Shown in pieces: positions 39,054 through 52,000 of a stretch of 64,000 nt of DNA (the first letter of the stretch is position 1; each line of letters opens with the position of its first letter). The DNA comes from Vermamoeba vermiformis (lineage: Eukaryota): contig JBEWZL010000101.1 of the NCBI GenBank assembly GCA_045837725.1, positions 310,001 to 374,000 of the forward strand, read 5' to 3'. The notes beneath the pieces were generated by a model. That model was not told the DNA's origin, did not search any database, and saw nothing but the letters and a program-made list of their open reading frames with translations. Made by a program: the position numbers and the translations under genes.

Positions 39054-40275
39054 ATGAGCATTGCTAAGATTTCTATATTTTGCGTCCTACTTTTAACCGT
39101 CGCTTCCGCGTCGCTCGTTGCAATCCGCTCGGCTAATTGGAACAAGGTGGGCGTTTACACTATCGACAAGACAAGTGGTGTCGTTGCGCAGACTAGTAAG
39201 TGTTATCGCCATACCACAGAACGGATCAGATCTAAAATTTTTTTATAATCAGGCACTTGGTATTTTGAGTTATTGGACGATCACCCAATGTTGGTACAAT
39301 CTCCGTACAGCTCGTCCTTCATTTACTTTGAGTTACACCAACAACAGCTAAGTGCTGCAGTGATCGACACGACCACCGGCCAAATTTTGAACAGTGGCCC
39401 GCTGTACATTCAAATGGCAGCGTATGGTTGCGGAGGAGCTGCTTACGCGTCAGCAAACGGTAAGTTGCGTCTCAAATCGTTATAAGTGCCAAAAGATCTA
39501 ACTTTTTTTGCGACACATCCAGTTGTCTTTTTCTCGTGCATTTATGGTGGTGGTTTTCAGATGTTTTCCTTAGATATATCAACTTGGACTGTATCACAAA
39601 GCGTATTTATGAATAGCAACAGCCAGCCGTTGTTCGCAGAATTCAATCCGACAAATGCGAACGAATTGGTGCTAGTCTCTCGCGATCAAAAGAATGCGTT
39701 CCTTGGCAAGTATTAGTCCCATAATATTTAACCTCATAATATTACCCTTTGTTCGCCCTAAGACTCGATCCTACTTTGACTTCTATTTTAAAAATCAGAG
39801 AGCGATCATGTTACCGTATTCAATCTCGCTGCATCTACCAATACGATCTGCAAGGCACCGTTCAGCAACTCTACCATCTCGCAGCCGATCTGGAACTCCG
39901 GATTGGGCTACGTGTTTTTGATCCAACATCCAGCCAGTAGCAGCACCTTCGCTATAACTCAAACATCCGTAGTCAGTTTATCGCCTTCGAACTGCCAATG
40001 GAACGTAATTGCTTCGCTTAATCAGGTACGTGTACTGGACTTGCCTAAAAAGGAAAAATTGAAACCATAAATCTAATGTTTGTTGTGCGAAGGTTCCAAT
40101 CGTCCCTAGTACGGTCCAATTTGATGCTGAACAACCTAGCACTATTTTGTGGCTGTCTCCTGACAACGGCTTGTACAGCTACGACCTGGGCTCGGGATCT
40201 TCGAGCGGTGCCTTGCTGATCGAAAAGGGCTCAAATCAGATTTACTCTTACGCTGCTTTACTTCAGTTGCCTTAA
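39054..40275 (+). CDS. Secreted beta-rich (propeller-like) protein, likely distant paralog of the divergent neighbour
   Basis: Signal peptide MSIAKISIFCVLLLTVASA; VYTIDKTSGVV; FDP/FNP strands. Confidence 0.7.
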
Positions 40276-40555
40276 ATTTAATCATTTTTTCTAATTTACA
40301 ATCAAATTTATATATTTAGAGATCAGTTTTAAAAATCACTTGTTACTCGTTCAATAAATACTAGCTATTCATTCAAAATAGACTTAACGATGAGCATGAC
40401 ATAAGAGTACGGGCCCAAAGCGATAGAGTTGGTGCAGTAAGAGGACTGGGTGAAGGTAGCGAGTCCGGATCTGTGTTCGCTTGAAACGGAAGGAAAAAAA
40501 AACTGTTGGCGAGTTTGGTTCGGGTATAAATATTTTTTGTCAAGTCCCACTAAAG

Positions 40556-40621
40556 GGGACAGAACACTATGGAGACCAGTTGCAAAGGTCCATTCCATAA
40601 AAGGTAATAAACTTCTGTCCC
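40556..40621. repeat. Structured element bounded by a GGGACAGAA/TTCTGTCCC inverted repeat
   Basis: 9-bp terminal IR with nested TATGGA/TCCATA and GACC/GGTC stems. Confidence 0.45.
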
Positions 40622-41048
40622 GTTCCTTTGTCCCATTAAAATTCTTCCTTTTGGTCCCATCTCCCTCAATCTCCGCGTTTAATTATGTGTTCGCGTCCGC
40701 CTGTCACGTCCTCTTTTTAATTAATTGATCAGATTTTGTACCATTACGAGCTCCAATGACTGGTTACGAGGCTCACTTAATACAAGCTTATATTACTCTA
40801 ATCATGGCGAAACCAACTTAATTTAAACGTTAAAATGAGGCACATATACCAATAACGAATTCATATACATTGTTGCGAGGTTAGATAAGCGTTAAAAAGG
40901 CGGATCCGCTGGTGGATCCATTCATCAAACTCCAGTTCATTTAATGACAATGAAGGGAATCCAAATAGAAACGCTACATTCAATCTCGAGATTGAACTTA
41001 ATATCGGGATCTCGCACTCATTGTGGACCGCAAAACGTGTTCACGTTC

Positions 41049-41133
41049 GGGACAGGACCAGTCGTGAGTCCGTACTGTGAATTTCAAGGTACATGCACCT
41101 AAATGGTGCAAGCAATGGTACCAGTCATGTCCC
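41049..41133. repeat. Structured element bounded by GGGACA/TGTCCC
   Basis: Terminal stem plus internal CAGT/ACTG, GGTAC/GTACC and TGCACC/GGTGCA stems. Confidence 0.45.
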
Positions 41134-41189
41134 ATTCAATGCAACGAGACTTGTCGTTTAAATTTCATGTTTTGGTAGCATCCGAAATT

Positions 41190-43540
41190 TTATTTTGGAT
41201 CTGTTGTAGAGATAGGTTCTGTATTGTTAACCTTATCTTGAAGCTTTTTAGCTCGATTAGCTATTTCCTTTTGGTAATCTTTAAACGTCTTTTCAAAACG
41301 AACGAAGAACTTGTCGATCTCTTCTTTAGATCCACCGATCGCCGCGGCCACCGTCAAGTAAGTGTGCGGATAATTATTTATATGCGCGCCGTATGAAGTG
41401 AATGATATATCGGCCACTTGCCGCGTTGATTTCGGTGTCACAATTCTATTTGAATTTTAAAAATTAAAAATCTTGGATGTGTTTCTCAAACGCAAAATAT
41501 TACGCGTGAATTGTGTATCGTCATATATAATGCCAGTTAATATAGCCGTTACAGGCATAATTTCAATCATGATTTCAAAATGTGTAGCTAAAATAAGCAA
41601 ACTTAAAAAGTATTGCAAAGTTATTAACGTGGAGTTACTTGTGCTTACCTTAATCCAGAACTGCATCGTGCAAATAGCATTGAGCCTAAATATGTAGGGT
41701 CTTGATGCGCAATCTTATCAACGGTCATTGCAAGCGAGATTGTATTGCCTGGCGTGTGGATCACTTTCTCTCCTATTTTCTCCGCGAACTCGCTTAGTTT
41801 CGTCTTAGTATAGTCATATAATTGCTATAGAAGGCACTGTTAATACGACGCATATCATGATTAGTTCATACTTTTCGGTCTGTTATCAATTTCTTCCATG
41901 TTTTTGAGCCCATCGAAAGCAATGTAATGAACAGATCCGTGATTGGTGAGGCTGATGCCCGACCTACAAATACCACAATAGGACGTTAATATAATCATAT
42001 CCTATTGAAATTTCTCAATTAAGAAACGCACCCGCGTAAGTTTTTGAGATCTGATCAATGACTTCGTTGTACTGGCTAATCACTACAGCACCACCAACAG
42101 GCACCATAAAGTTCTTATCCGTCGATTGCACGACTACAGAGACAGTTCCAAGTCTAAATATAGTCCATTCATTAATTCATGAACTAGGTCGTTTGCACGA
42201 AAGATAATGAAGATTTTGGTCCCACAATTGTCACATAAAATGATTGCTATTTGCAACGTACCTCATAGCTTCGTTAATATGATGCGTTATCTTAGTGTCT
42301 TGTAGTCCATAAGCATTATTAATTACGTGATTAAGATTAAATTCTTTGCAAAGCTTCGAGATCTCAACAACACTTTGTTAAAGGTTAGAATTATAATACA
42401 ATAGTGAAGTATACTTTTATGACGTACTTATCAAATGCTCTGGGAGCGAAGCAGCTCGTCGTAGACATGACAGCTAAGATATTTTCAGATCCTGTTTTCA
42501 CGATGGTTTCACGCAATAGATCTAGATCCGTTTGAATTTCATCGCCGTTCAACTTATTCTCAATGACAATAGGTGTGAAGCCTAACGTAAAATAAGGTAA
42601 GTCGTGCCTATTAACTATTATATTAGAGAGCTGTACCTGCAGCAGTGATGGACTTTAAGCAGGCTTTTTGATCGATACGAATCCACAGGACGTATTTAGC
42701 CTGTGAATTCTTCTTTACAAGTGATCTAAGTGCCAGTGCCAATGTCATGCCAGTAGCGAGAGGTACAACGAGTGCCTTGCTGGCTCGTGTAATGCCTGAC
42801 AAGATCCACGTAAGCAATCCATTATCGTCGAATAAGTAACGAGATAGGCTTGCTCTATAGCATTTTAAGCTATATACCTGCAATATGGACTGCGTCTAAT
42901 GCCAAGTAATTCGTTAATTGATACATTAAGCTCGATCCAGCCGCTTTTGGTTGAACTTCTGCGATATCTCCACTACGACCAATCTAATAAGCAAATTATA
43001 TTAATGATCGATATTATATATTATGTAAACAGTAAGGATAATGCTTAGAAGCTGTTTTGATACGATTAATTTGGTTGCTTACACCGTGAGCCAATCTGAA
43101 ATGTCGCTTAGCAACCAAACTGCTATATACACGCCCTTCTCGTTCACCAACACCAACGTTCTCTAATGTTGATATTAATTAACAGTTAATGACGATGTAA
43201 AGGTATTTTGAAGAGCCTTACCAACAAAGTTATTGCTGTCCATCATTGCTAATTCGCTCAATAATACTTCGATGGTCTCATCGTCGATGCCATCCTCAGG
43301 CAAGGTTCTCTTACATAAAGTTACTATAATTACTTGCGTGTCAAGCAGATCTTGTCACGGTAAATATTTTGATCGGCTTGGCGCGAGCTCGCGAATTATC
43401 GTTATTATGCTTATTTTGGTACTTACATGCGATAATAAATTTTTGATAATATTTTCTCGTTGTTTTCGGGCTTGAGAAGCAATTTTAATGTAAGTTTTTG
43501 GAATGATCTCCGCTGCTAGAGAGAAATTTGCTTCGTTCAT
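41190..43540 (-). CDS. SEPSECS: O-phosphoseryl-tRNA(Sec) selenium transferase
   Basis: [69 protein letters not shown]. Confidence 0.95.
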
Positions 43541-43751
43541 TTGTTGGGATGATATTAATATTATACACTTGCGAAAGGATGGAGAACGGGTAATAGTTTT
43601 GGAAATTGCAGATCCCGCGTGCTTCCCTCTTTTAAGTTTGATAAAATTTATGCTCAACTTTTCCACATTGTTTTATAAGCACGAGAACAACAGTTCATTC
43701 GTGCAGTTTGTATAGGTCACTTATTTGTAATATAATTACCACAGAGAAGCC

Positions 43752-45202
43752 ATGAGTCAAGCAGATCTAGCCGTTGCAGAACATTCGCACAAAAATTACA
43801 GCGAGATAAATTCTCTTTTAGGTGATTTACGACGTGCTAGAATATCGCGAGGCATTGGTGTAACAGTAAGCTTATTATTAATTAATTAGAGCTTCATTTA
43901 ATTAATTTTCAAACTTCGATCGTGTCACGCGATCAATCGTGTTAGCGCGACTTGTAGATATTTATAATAATCAATTTATTCGTTAGAAAACATTCTCGCT
44001 GAACGGATATCAAGTACTAATTAAAGAAGAGGCTGAACTGTGCGTTCGGTCGTCAGTTCAAGATGTGGTAGGTCAACTTGATCCACATTAAAAAAATTAT
44101 TATCGTTTATTAAGATCTATATTATTATACTTTCGATAGTAGTTGCCCGCCTAATAATCTATAGATCCCGAAATTATTTGCAAATTTCCGAAGAGCTTTT
44201 CAATTACCGATTGACGTCGTATTAAGCTTATTTACTTTGGTTCTTAATGCTAATAAACTGATTATAGGAGCATCAAATGAGCTTACATATTACCACTAAA
44301 AGAACAGCAGAACACTTCAAAGACAAAAATGTTTTAGTATTAGGTACGTTCTGCTTTATTACGGTACTCAATTATTTTAAATTGCTTATAAAATAGTACA
44401 TATAACCTTATAAGAGAGCGATGCTAATATATTATTTTGCGTTCAGCTAGTGGATGTGGTTTGTTGGGAATTACCGCGCACCATTTAGGTTCAAATGTAA
44501 CGCTTACAGAAGAGAAAAAACTATTGCCCCTCGTTAAAATCAACCTAGAACTCAATAAGGTCAATGAGCGATTTGATTTAAGAGAGCTGTGTCATACGTA
44601 AGTCCTACTTTCAATCTCGATCCGTTCGAAATTTACTCAGACGGTAAATCACAGCTGTTTATGCAACGTTAAATTTATATATAGGGCCTATTAAATGAGT
44701 TATTAGTACTATTTGCTTTTTTACAATTTTGGAATTAGTTCTCAGCTCGATCTGTTTTGTAACGAATGGTTGTACGGTTCTAATTTGATTTTATAACAGA
44801 TCGGAGTCAAGCGTGGATGTTCCAGAAGATATTCAAAAGACTTTTTATGATTACGTCCTGCTAGTAGCAGATCTAACCGATGTCGAAAACAACATTAATC
44901 AGATGAGCAAGATGCTGTCTCAGATTTGCGGAAATGGCACTAAATTGTTAATAGGTACTCTAATATATTAATATCCTATGAGCGTCGATAATAATGGCTT
45001 TCTAGGTTATAAAACTTGCCCGTCTCTTGCAGAGGTAGAAAACAAGTTCAGATTAGCGCTTCTAAGCAAGTATTTCGACTTTACAACGAGCAGCACAGCT
45101 ATTTACTCTCATAAGACGAGTGAAATTGTTATTTTACAGATTACCCGAAAGAGATTCAGCAGCTTTTTTGACGATCTGCTGTCCTCTCGAAGGAAAGAAT
45201 AA
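43752..45202 (+). CDS. Divergent METTL21-like methyltransferase fold protein
   Basis: FKDKNVLVLASGCGLLGI..LGSNVTLTE..L..N; canonical motifs are degenerate. Confidence 0.65.
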
Positions 45203-45411
45203 AATCTTTGCTTAATTGTACTACGATACTACGCATATTATTAATTTGCTGAATTAAGCTGCTTATCGTTTGGCCGGCCGTTCGGCATCTGTCTTTAAAG
45301 ATCAAAAAATGTCCGTTATTTATTATTCTTCTTTAATTGATGCAATAGCCACAACTCTTCAAGTTTATTATCGAAAGGATCAGATATTATCTTGACTAGG
45401 ACATATTGGTT

Positions 45412-46912
45412 ATGGCAAAGTTACTGGCGCTTGTTTTTCTTACCGTTTTAGGATCGAGTCTGATCTCGGGCACGTAAGTTCAAAATTGATAAATAATATT
45501 GTAATAAATTATTATTAGCTTGAATATAAATTATTGCACGATTGAAAACAATAGTAAAGCACATAATCGATCAATTTTAATTTAACGTTTTTTCGGATGT
45601 AGTTTTGGCGCGAGTACAGAGCAGAATGTGAATGTCGCCTATTTATTTAGCATCGACGATTTAAGTAGCACTGAAAGCGTCTTTAGAATGCTCAACAGGT
45701 TTTACACAAAGGAGGACACTTTCGTAATCCACGTCAACAAGTAAGGATAATTTTATTATTATTTTGATACATTAATTATAGGATCTAATGTATTATAACA
45801 CTATTCAACCACCAGTAAAGTTATAAAAACCTAAAAATTTATTCGGATCAATTTAATTTAATTCGGATCTGCTGTGGACTTGCTAACGATTTTGTCAATT
45901 ATAGGGCCTTAGGCAGTGATGTACTGAATAGAGTAGATAATTTTACGCAAACAAGGTTCCCTTCAAGCGGTGATAACGATAACATTATTATCATTCATAC
46001 TCAACTCGTGCATTACGGCGGTATTTCTCAGGTAAATTTAATTCTTAGAAATAATACGATAATTATACTAAACTGATTATTTATGATAGATCGAGGCTCA
46101 TATGGATATGATGTGGTACGCACTCAAATCCGAACGAGAATGGGATACAGCTTTGCTTCTCAACGGCAATACTTATCCGCTCGTATCTCGCGAGGAGATT
46201 AAGCGCAGATTGACCGTTTTGAAAGGAAAAAACTTGTTGGATAGCGATGGTAGGTTGCTGCTAGATGTGTTGGATGCAGCATCCGTTCTGACTCTTGTAT
46301 GATAGGTACTATTGGACTTGACTCGCCAGTACTTACTACGAGCCGATTAAAGAAGTTCTATGTTGAAGGCGTGGATGGCATGCACCTGGCTGAGCGCATG
46401 AAGGGTCAACGACGATTGCCTCCTGGTATCGTCATGCGCTTTGGATCTCCCGTAGTTGCTTTGAATAAGCGCACTTGCAGTACACTGATGAGTCGTAAGT
46501 ATTAATTATAACATACGAGCGCCATTTTTGTTGGTCACGTGCACTGGCTGTGCAGTTAAGTCACGATTTTTTTGGCAATTAAGTCACGGTGTTTTGTACC
46601 GAGCTGAAGACTAACAGTGCATTGGTAGATGATATCGCAAGAAACATGTTGTTGTTCTTCTCGACTACAATCCATCCTGCGAATATGTATTATCAAACGG
46701 TTGTTTCTAATATCAAGGAGTTGGAGGGATCTCGCTTGGCCGAATCTACTGAAGACAGCGTTTTATACTATACCCCGTCTGATGAACTCGATTCTCCGTT
46801 CATTACTGAAGAAAGCATCGATGCGGCATTCGACAGTAAGGCGATGTTCATTGGTAGAGTCGATCCGAAGCAGATGGACCTTCTTACTATGATCGATGAA
46901 AGAATTAACTAA
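45412..46912 (+). CDS. GT14 (core-2/I-branching/xylosyltransferase-like) fold protein, degenerate
   Basis: Signal peptide; VAYLF, FVIHVNK, VHYGGISQIEA, W..LLNGNTYPL, FGS, YQT. Confidence 0.72.
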
Positions 46913-46949
46913 TTAGCCAACCCTTTTGTACAAAAAATCATTTGTTTAT

Positions 46950-48939
46950 TTACATAAAATTTAATTGCGATAAGTCTTCTGGTGAAGTCGCAGCAATACT
47001 GTCGAACAGTTCTTCAGCGCTGATCTGATCAAACTCCGCAATCGTTGGTTGACCTTCACTAGGACTCTCAATATTTACATTAGCTCCAAATATCTCGTCG
47101 ATGATATCTGGTGGTGTCAGCAGCTCATCTGAGGCTGAATTTAAGACGCCATCTGGTGAGGCTGTTTCGCTGCTTGCCGCCGCAGCTTGGATCTGCTGTG
47201 ATATGACGAATTCAAGGCCTTGCTTCACCATACCAGCAATAGGAAAGAATTCGGTCATTTTATCCAATAACTCGAGATTCTAAGAAACAAGAACATTAGA
47301 TCCGATTTGGCAATAAATAAGAAGAGGAAACTTACTGTTGGTAATTGAGGTGCATTTGTTTGCAAGTATACTTCCGCTACTATTTGTAACGCTAATGGAA
47401 ATGTCACCGAGCGGCCTTGCGCAGGCGTACAAGAGATGTAATTAATGGTCTCATCCGAGTACTTCAAAAATTAGCATAAAATAACAAATGTTAATAATAA
47501 GTACGTACTTGTATGGCTTTATCAGGTCTATTTAACGTTAAATTTCCTAGTGCATTGACTGCCATGATCAGCGGTGCAATTTGTCGCTTCGCCGAGTGCA
47601 CTTGCTCGATCTCGTAATGCGCATTAATTCTGTAGAAATCATGATTAGTATTCATCTCAATATACCTTGAAATATATCTACGTACACATTGAGTACATTT
47701 TCAACGTATTCTTCGGTCACTTCTTCCGATTGAATTTGAATGGCTGCTCGCAACTTGCCCGTCAACGCAGCCATAATGCCCATGGAATTGTTCATTTCGC
47801 CCGTCTTCACTTTATCTTCCAACTAACATAATACCATTAATTAAGTATAAGCTATTAGTATTATGATATTATACCTCTGTGTAAGCCAAATATTTTTGTT
47901 GCGGATCTGCGTTCAGTTCAGCTAAGCTGATCATTACTTCGTTATAAACGCTATCAACTTCCGCTGTAACTTCTAACGGATTAAATCTATAAAAAAAAAA
48001 ATTAATTTAATTGTCTCTAATCGATTTGGAATTGTTTGTTTTTACGTACTTTCGAAACGCATCTAAGACTGTCTTAGACAAATTTAGATATACATAAGCG
48101 GATGGTAAATTTCCACTTCCGAAGTGATAGTGACCAATCAGGTGATAGAGACTGGCTGTTTCATATGAAATGGTGCCTAAATAATTTTTGCTCGCGATTT
48201 CAGCTTTGTCGATAAATTCTTGACCTTGTTCATTATTGCCTAGTGCTCGTGCTCCGTGTGCTAGTAGCGAATATACTAATGCACTGGTACAATCTAAAAA
48301 TAAATTAGAATAAAAGAAAATATTTTGTCAAGGATCTGATCGGCATCCAATTTTTTGTCCAAATAAGGATTTTTTTAATATTAGTGTTTGCACGTACCTG
48401 ATTGATTATTGAGAACATCTTTAATATCAAATGGAGGCAATTTAACGCCGGCTACTTGTGAAATAGATTCTTCGTAAACATTCAAATATTCTCGCATCAA
48501 TACGCTCAAATTAATTTTGTTCGATAATATCGTCAATGAAGCAGCCTATTTAAACAAAAAATAAGCAAAAATATATTAATTAAATAAATAAATTGATTTT
48601 TTCTGTCGAACTTACCACTGTGCTCGTTGGAACTCCTTGGAACTTTGATTTTAATATAACATTTTTCTCTAAAAATAATGTATTAATATTTAATAATAAT
48701 ATGACGATTGAAGAAGCTCATTGACAATTGTTTCGGAAAATTATGAGTTCAACGGAGTAAATCCACTACGTACTCTTGGGACCTCGTTTTTTGATCTCTG
48801 TTGGGTACTCGCATTCTACTTTTGATATGCTACAATGCACGCAAGGCATCGCACCGTCGCATCTGATCTTTTTGGCACGACAAGTTTTGCATGCGAGCTT
48901 TGCGGGCGCGTTGATGAGGACCGCAGTTTGATTTTGCAT
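46950..48939 (-). CDS. Zn(II)2Cys6 transcription factor
   Basis: ACKTCRAKKIRCDGAMPCVHCSISKVECEY..KRGPK; acidic C-terminus. Confidence 0.85.
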
Positions 48940-49061
48940 GGAATAGTAGGTATTATACTTCGTTATATTATTCGTAGCATTGAGGTGTGTTTTTGGCAAG
49001 ATAAAAATCGGTAACATAAAAAAGCCTCAAAAAGTCCCGAACACTCGATCAGATCGACACA

Positions 49062-52000
49062 ATGAGTGCCGCACCGCCTAATTATGTGAAAATACGAGGT
49101 AAAGAATACAATATGATGATCTTAAGCTTATTGACGTTGATATGAAATTGAGTGCTCGAACTTGATCGGCTTACGACGGTTACAAAAGGTACGAAAATAA
49201 AGGAGCAAATATTAAAATATAAGATCGTCTAACGTAATAAATAGGAGCCGAATTTAAATGCACACTAGGTATTTCTACCGAATCTGAAGGTTTTGACATT
49301 AGCTCGAAATCGTCGCCCGTAAAAACTGCTCCCGCGATCGCTGAGACGAATCATATTGTTTGGAATAATCCCGAGGAAATTACACTGTAAGTAACATTAA
49401 TACTCATACTTATTAAACGAATTGTGGGATGTGATCCCGCGAAACAAAATCTTCGTGTGGAATTGACGCTGTAATACTTAGAAATTTACACTCGCATGGA
49501 AAAGCATTGATAATCCGAGTGAAATCGAAGAAAGGACGTTCGGTAAGTAATGAATCAAAATTATTTTTATTCGCCGCTCCATCCGCGGAATTACTAACGA
49601 TGCGGCAATAGACTGAAGATTATGGATATACGCGCTTAAATATTGACGGATTAAACCACAATAACTTCGAACGATGGCTTCCGTTGAGAAAAAACAAAAA
49701 AGATCTCAACGGCACTGGTTTTATTCGCGTTGCGATAAGTTGCAAGGTAAATATAATTCAATATTAATAATAATCTTAAAATCGATACTATATTAGTACA
49801 TTTTCCCCGTAATTGTTTCTTTATGTTGCGATTTCGCAGTACGATCTGATTTTTTTGACGTAATTGTTTGGATCGTCAGACGCCAATGTCCAATGCCGCT
49901 AGTATCGTTGGCAAAACAGTGCAAAGTGCCATGTCACCCCGTCGTGATTCAGCGGACACTGAAGACAAACAAGTCTCAAAACGGATCCGAAAACTACAGC
50001 GCGAAGAACGACAAAGAATTGTGCAACAAAAAGTCAAATTGGGGTATAAATCTGGTGATATTAAAATGAGGTATGTCTTATAGTAATATAGCCATATGAA
50101 TACGATTCATTACTGAATTTTTATTCAGATTGTTTTATGTACCGTCAACGACTCAAAATGAAGGCGCTCTTGGAATGACTCGTAAGCATATAATAAGACA
50201 TTATATAAATATAATAGCATCATTATATCAAAATTATTGTAATATAAGATTTTTAAAGTCCGTGTAACGAATATTTTTGCACTGATTTTTTTTCGAATTA
50301 TAGTGGTCTCTGGTGAAGGGCTTTCCGGGCTTGATTTGGATGGAACCTCCGACCCTTACGTAAGTATAATAATACTAATTTAACATATGCTTATAGAGCT
50401 TTAGTAGCGAAACAAAATATGTACGTACCGTGCGCAAGATCTAATTTTAAATTGTAGGGCAAAATTATCTTCAATGGGCACCATGTACAATCACCTAAAA
50501 TTAATTCGAACCTAGACCCTAAATGGGACTATTACTGCCAATTCATCGTCCCAATCAACTTCGATCTGTTTACCAAAGTTGGTGTCGAGATCTGGGACTA
50601 CGATCGTGGTTCATTTGACGATTTAATAGGCACTGCTGAATTAGTACTCGATGATTATTTTAGCAATGAGACAATGGAGGCTAAAGAAATCGAAGTCTCG
50701 TTCCCGATCTTGAAAAAAGAAAAGCCAGTGACGGATCTGCTTGATGGAGTCAAAGAAGGATCGACGGCTAAGAAGACTATGAAGCCTAAGTTGCCTATAG
50801 TCCTTATTCCGGGTAAGTTCAGCAAAAAATTGTCGTTCGCGTACTGGATCTTTTTCAATATGAAAGTCGAATATTTTTTGAGTCGAAAATAGCTGTGGGT
50901 TACTAGTATCAAAAAAAGCTTTTATTTATAGCTATATTTAGTATAAAATATTTTTGTTGTTGAAGGAAGCAATGGATCTGACGAAATATGTTTGAATAGG
51001 CTTGGCATCAAGTGTCCTCGTAGTCAAGAAAGGCGACAAGTACTGGCTGAATGAACGCGTTTGGTTCTCATTGGACAAGATTTACAAAGGCAAAATGAAT
51101 CGAATTAGGATTGGTACGAACCGCAACCTCGATCCAAACTTTAGTTTTATTCTAAAGATTTGTTTATTATACAGCTGCTTCACATACTGAAGACGAAGAA
51201 AAAGATCCAGAAGCCGATTATTCGATCAGAGAGCAGCAAGTTTTGACTCAAGTAGGTAGATCCGATTGTTTTTTTTATGAATGAAAATACGATCGGCCCA
51301 TAAACTAACTCCGCCATAGTTAGTCGCAGCAATATTGGTTGTCCTATATTAATGGTTTTTCCTATAATAGAACAAATGGGTCGATCACATGTGTTTGAAC
51401 GAAGCTGACAACTCATCAGATCCGGAAGGTATACAAGTTCGAGCGATGCAAGGATATGAAGGTGTGTCTTATCTCGCTGATGGCATTGCCAAGAACATGA
51501 CTTATGTAAGTCTATAACGATATTTCCTTTTATGGTAATGTTGCTAACGACGCGGCAAGGTGATGGGTCCGTTGATTGAAAATTTGCTGGAATTTGGTTA
51601 CACGGAGCAAAATCTTGTGGCATTGCCTGTAAGTCACCTACGAGCGATATTTCCTTATTTGGAAATTGATTTTTCTATTTCGTAGTATGATTGGCGGATT
51701 CCGCTTGCAACCCTCGAAACACGTGACAAGTACTTCACACAGGTGAAGACGACATTAGAGACCTTGTATAATAGTACTGGCCATGCCGCTGTCGTTGTCT
51801 GTCACAGTATGGGCAATCGGTAAGTTTCCTTATAAGGAAATTTCAATGCCGTAAAAGTCACTCCGAACATCGCTAACAAAAATTGATTTTTTCAGCGTTT
51901 TCCAATACTTTTTGAATTACGCGAAGAAGAATTATGGCCAAGAGTGGATCGACAAATATGTACATACTTTTTATGCTGTCGCAGCTCCATTTTTAGGCGC

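Noticed and set aside
41049-41133. SECIS or tRNA-Sec interpretation of the structure
   Set aside because: ATGA is present on the minus strand, but there is no apical AA or paired GA quartet and no T-arm or anticodon stem.
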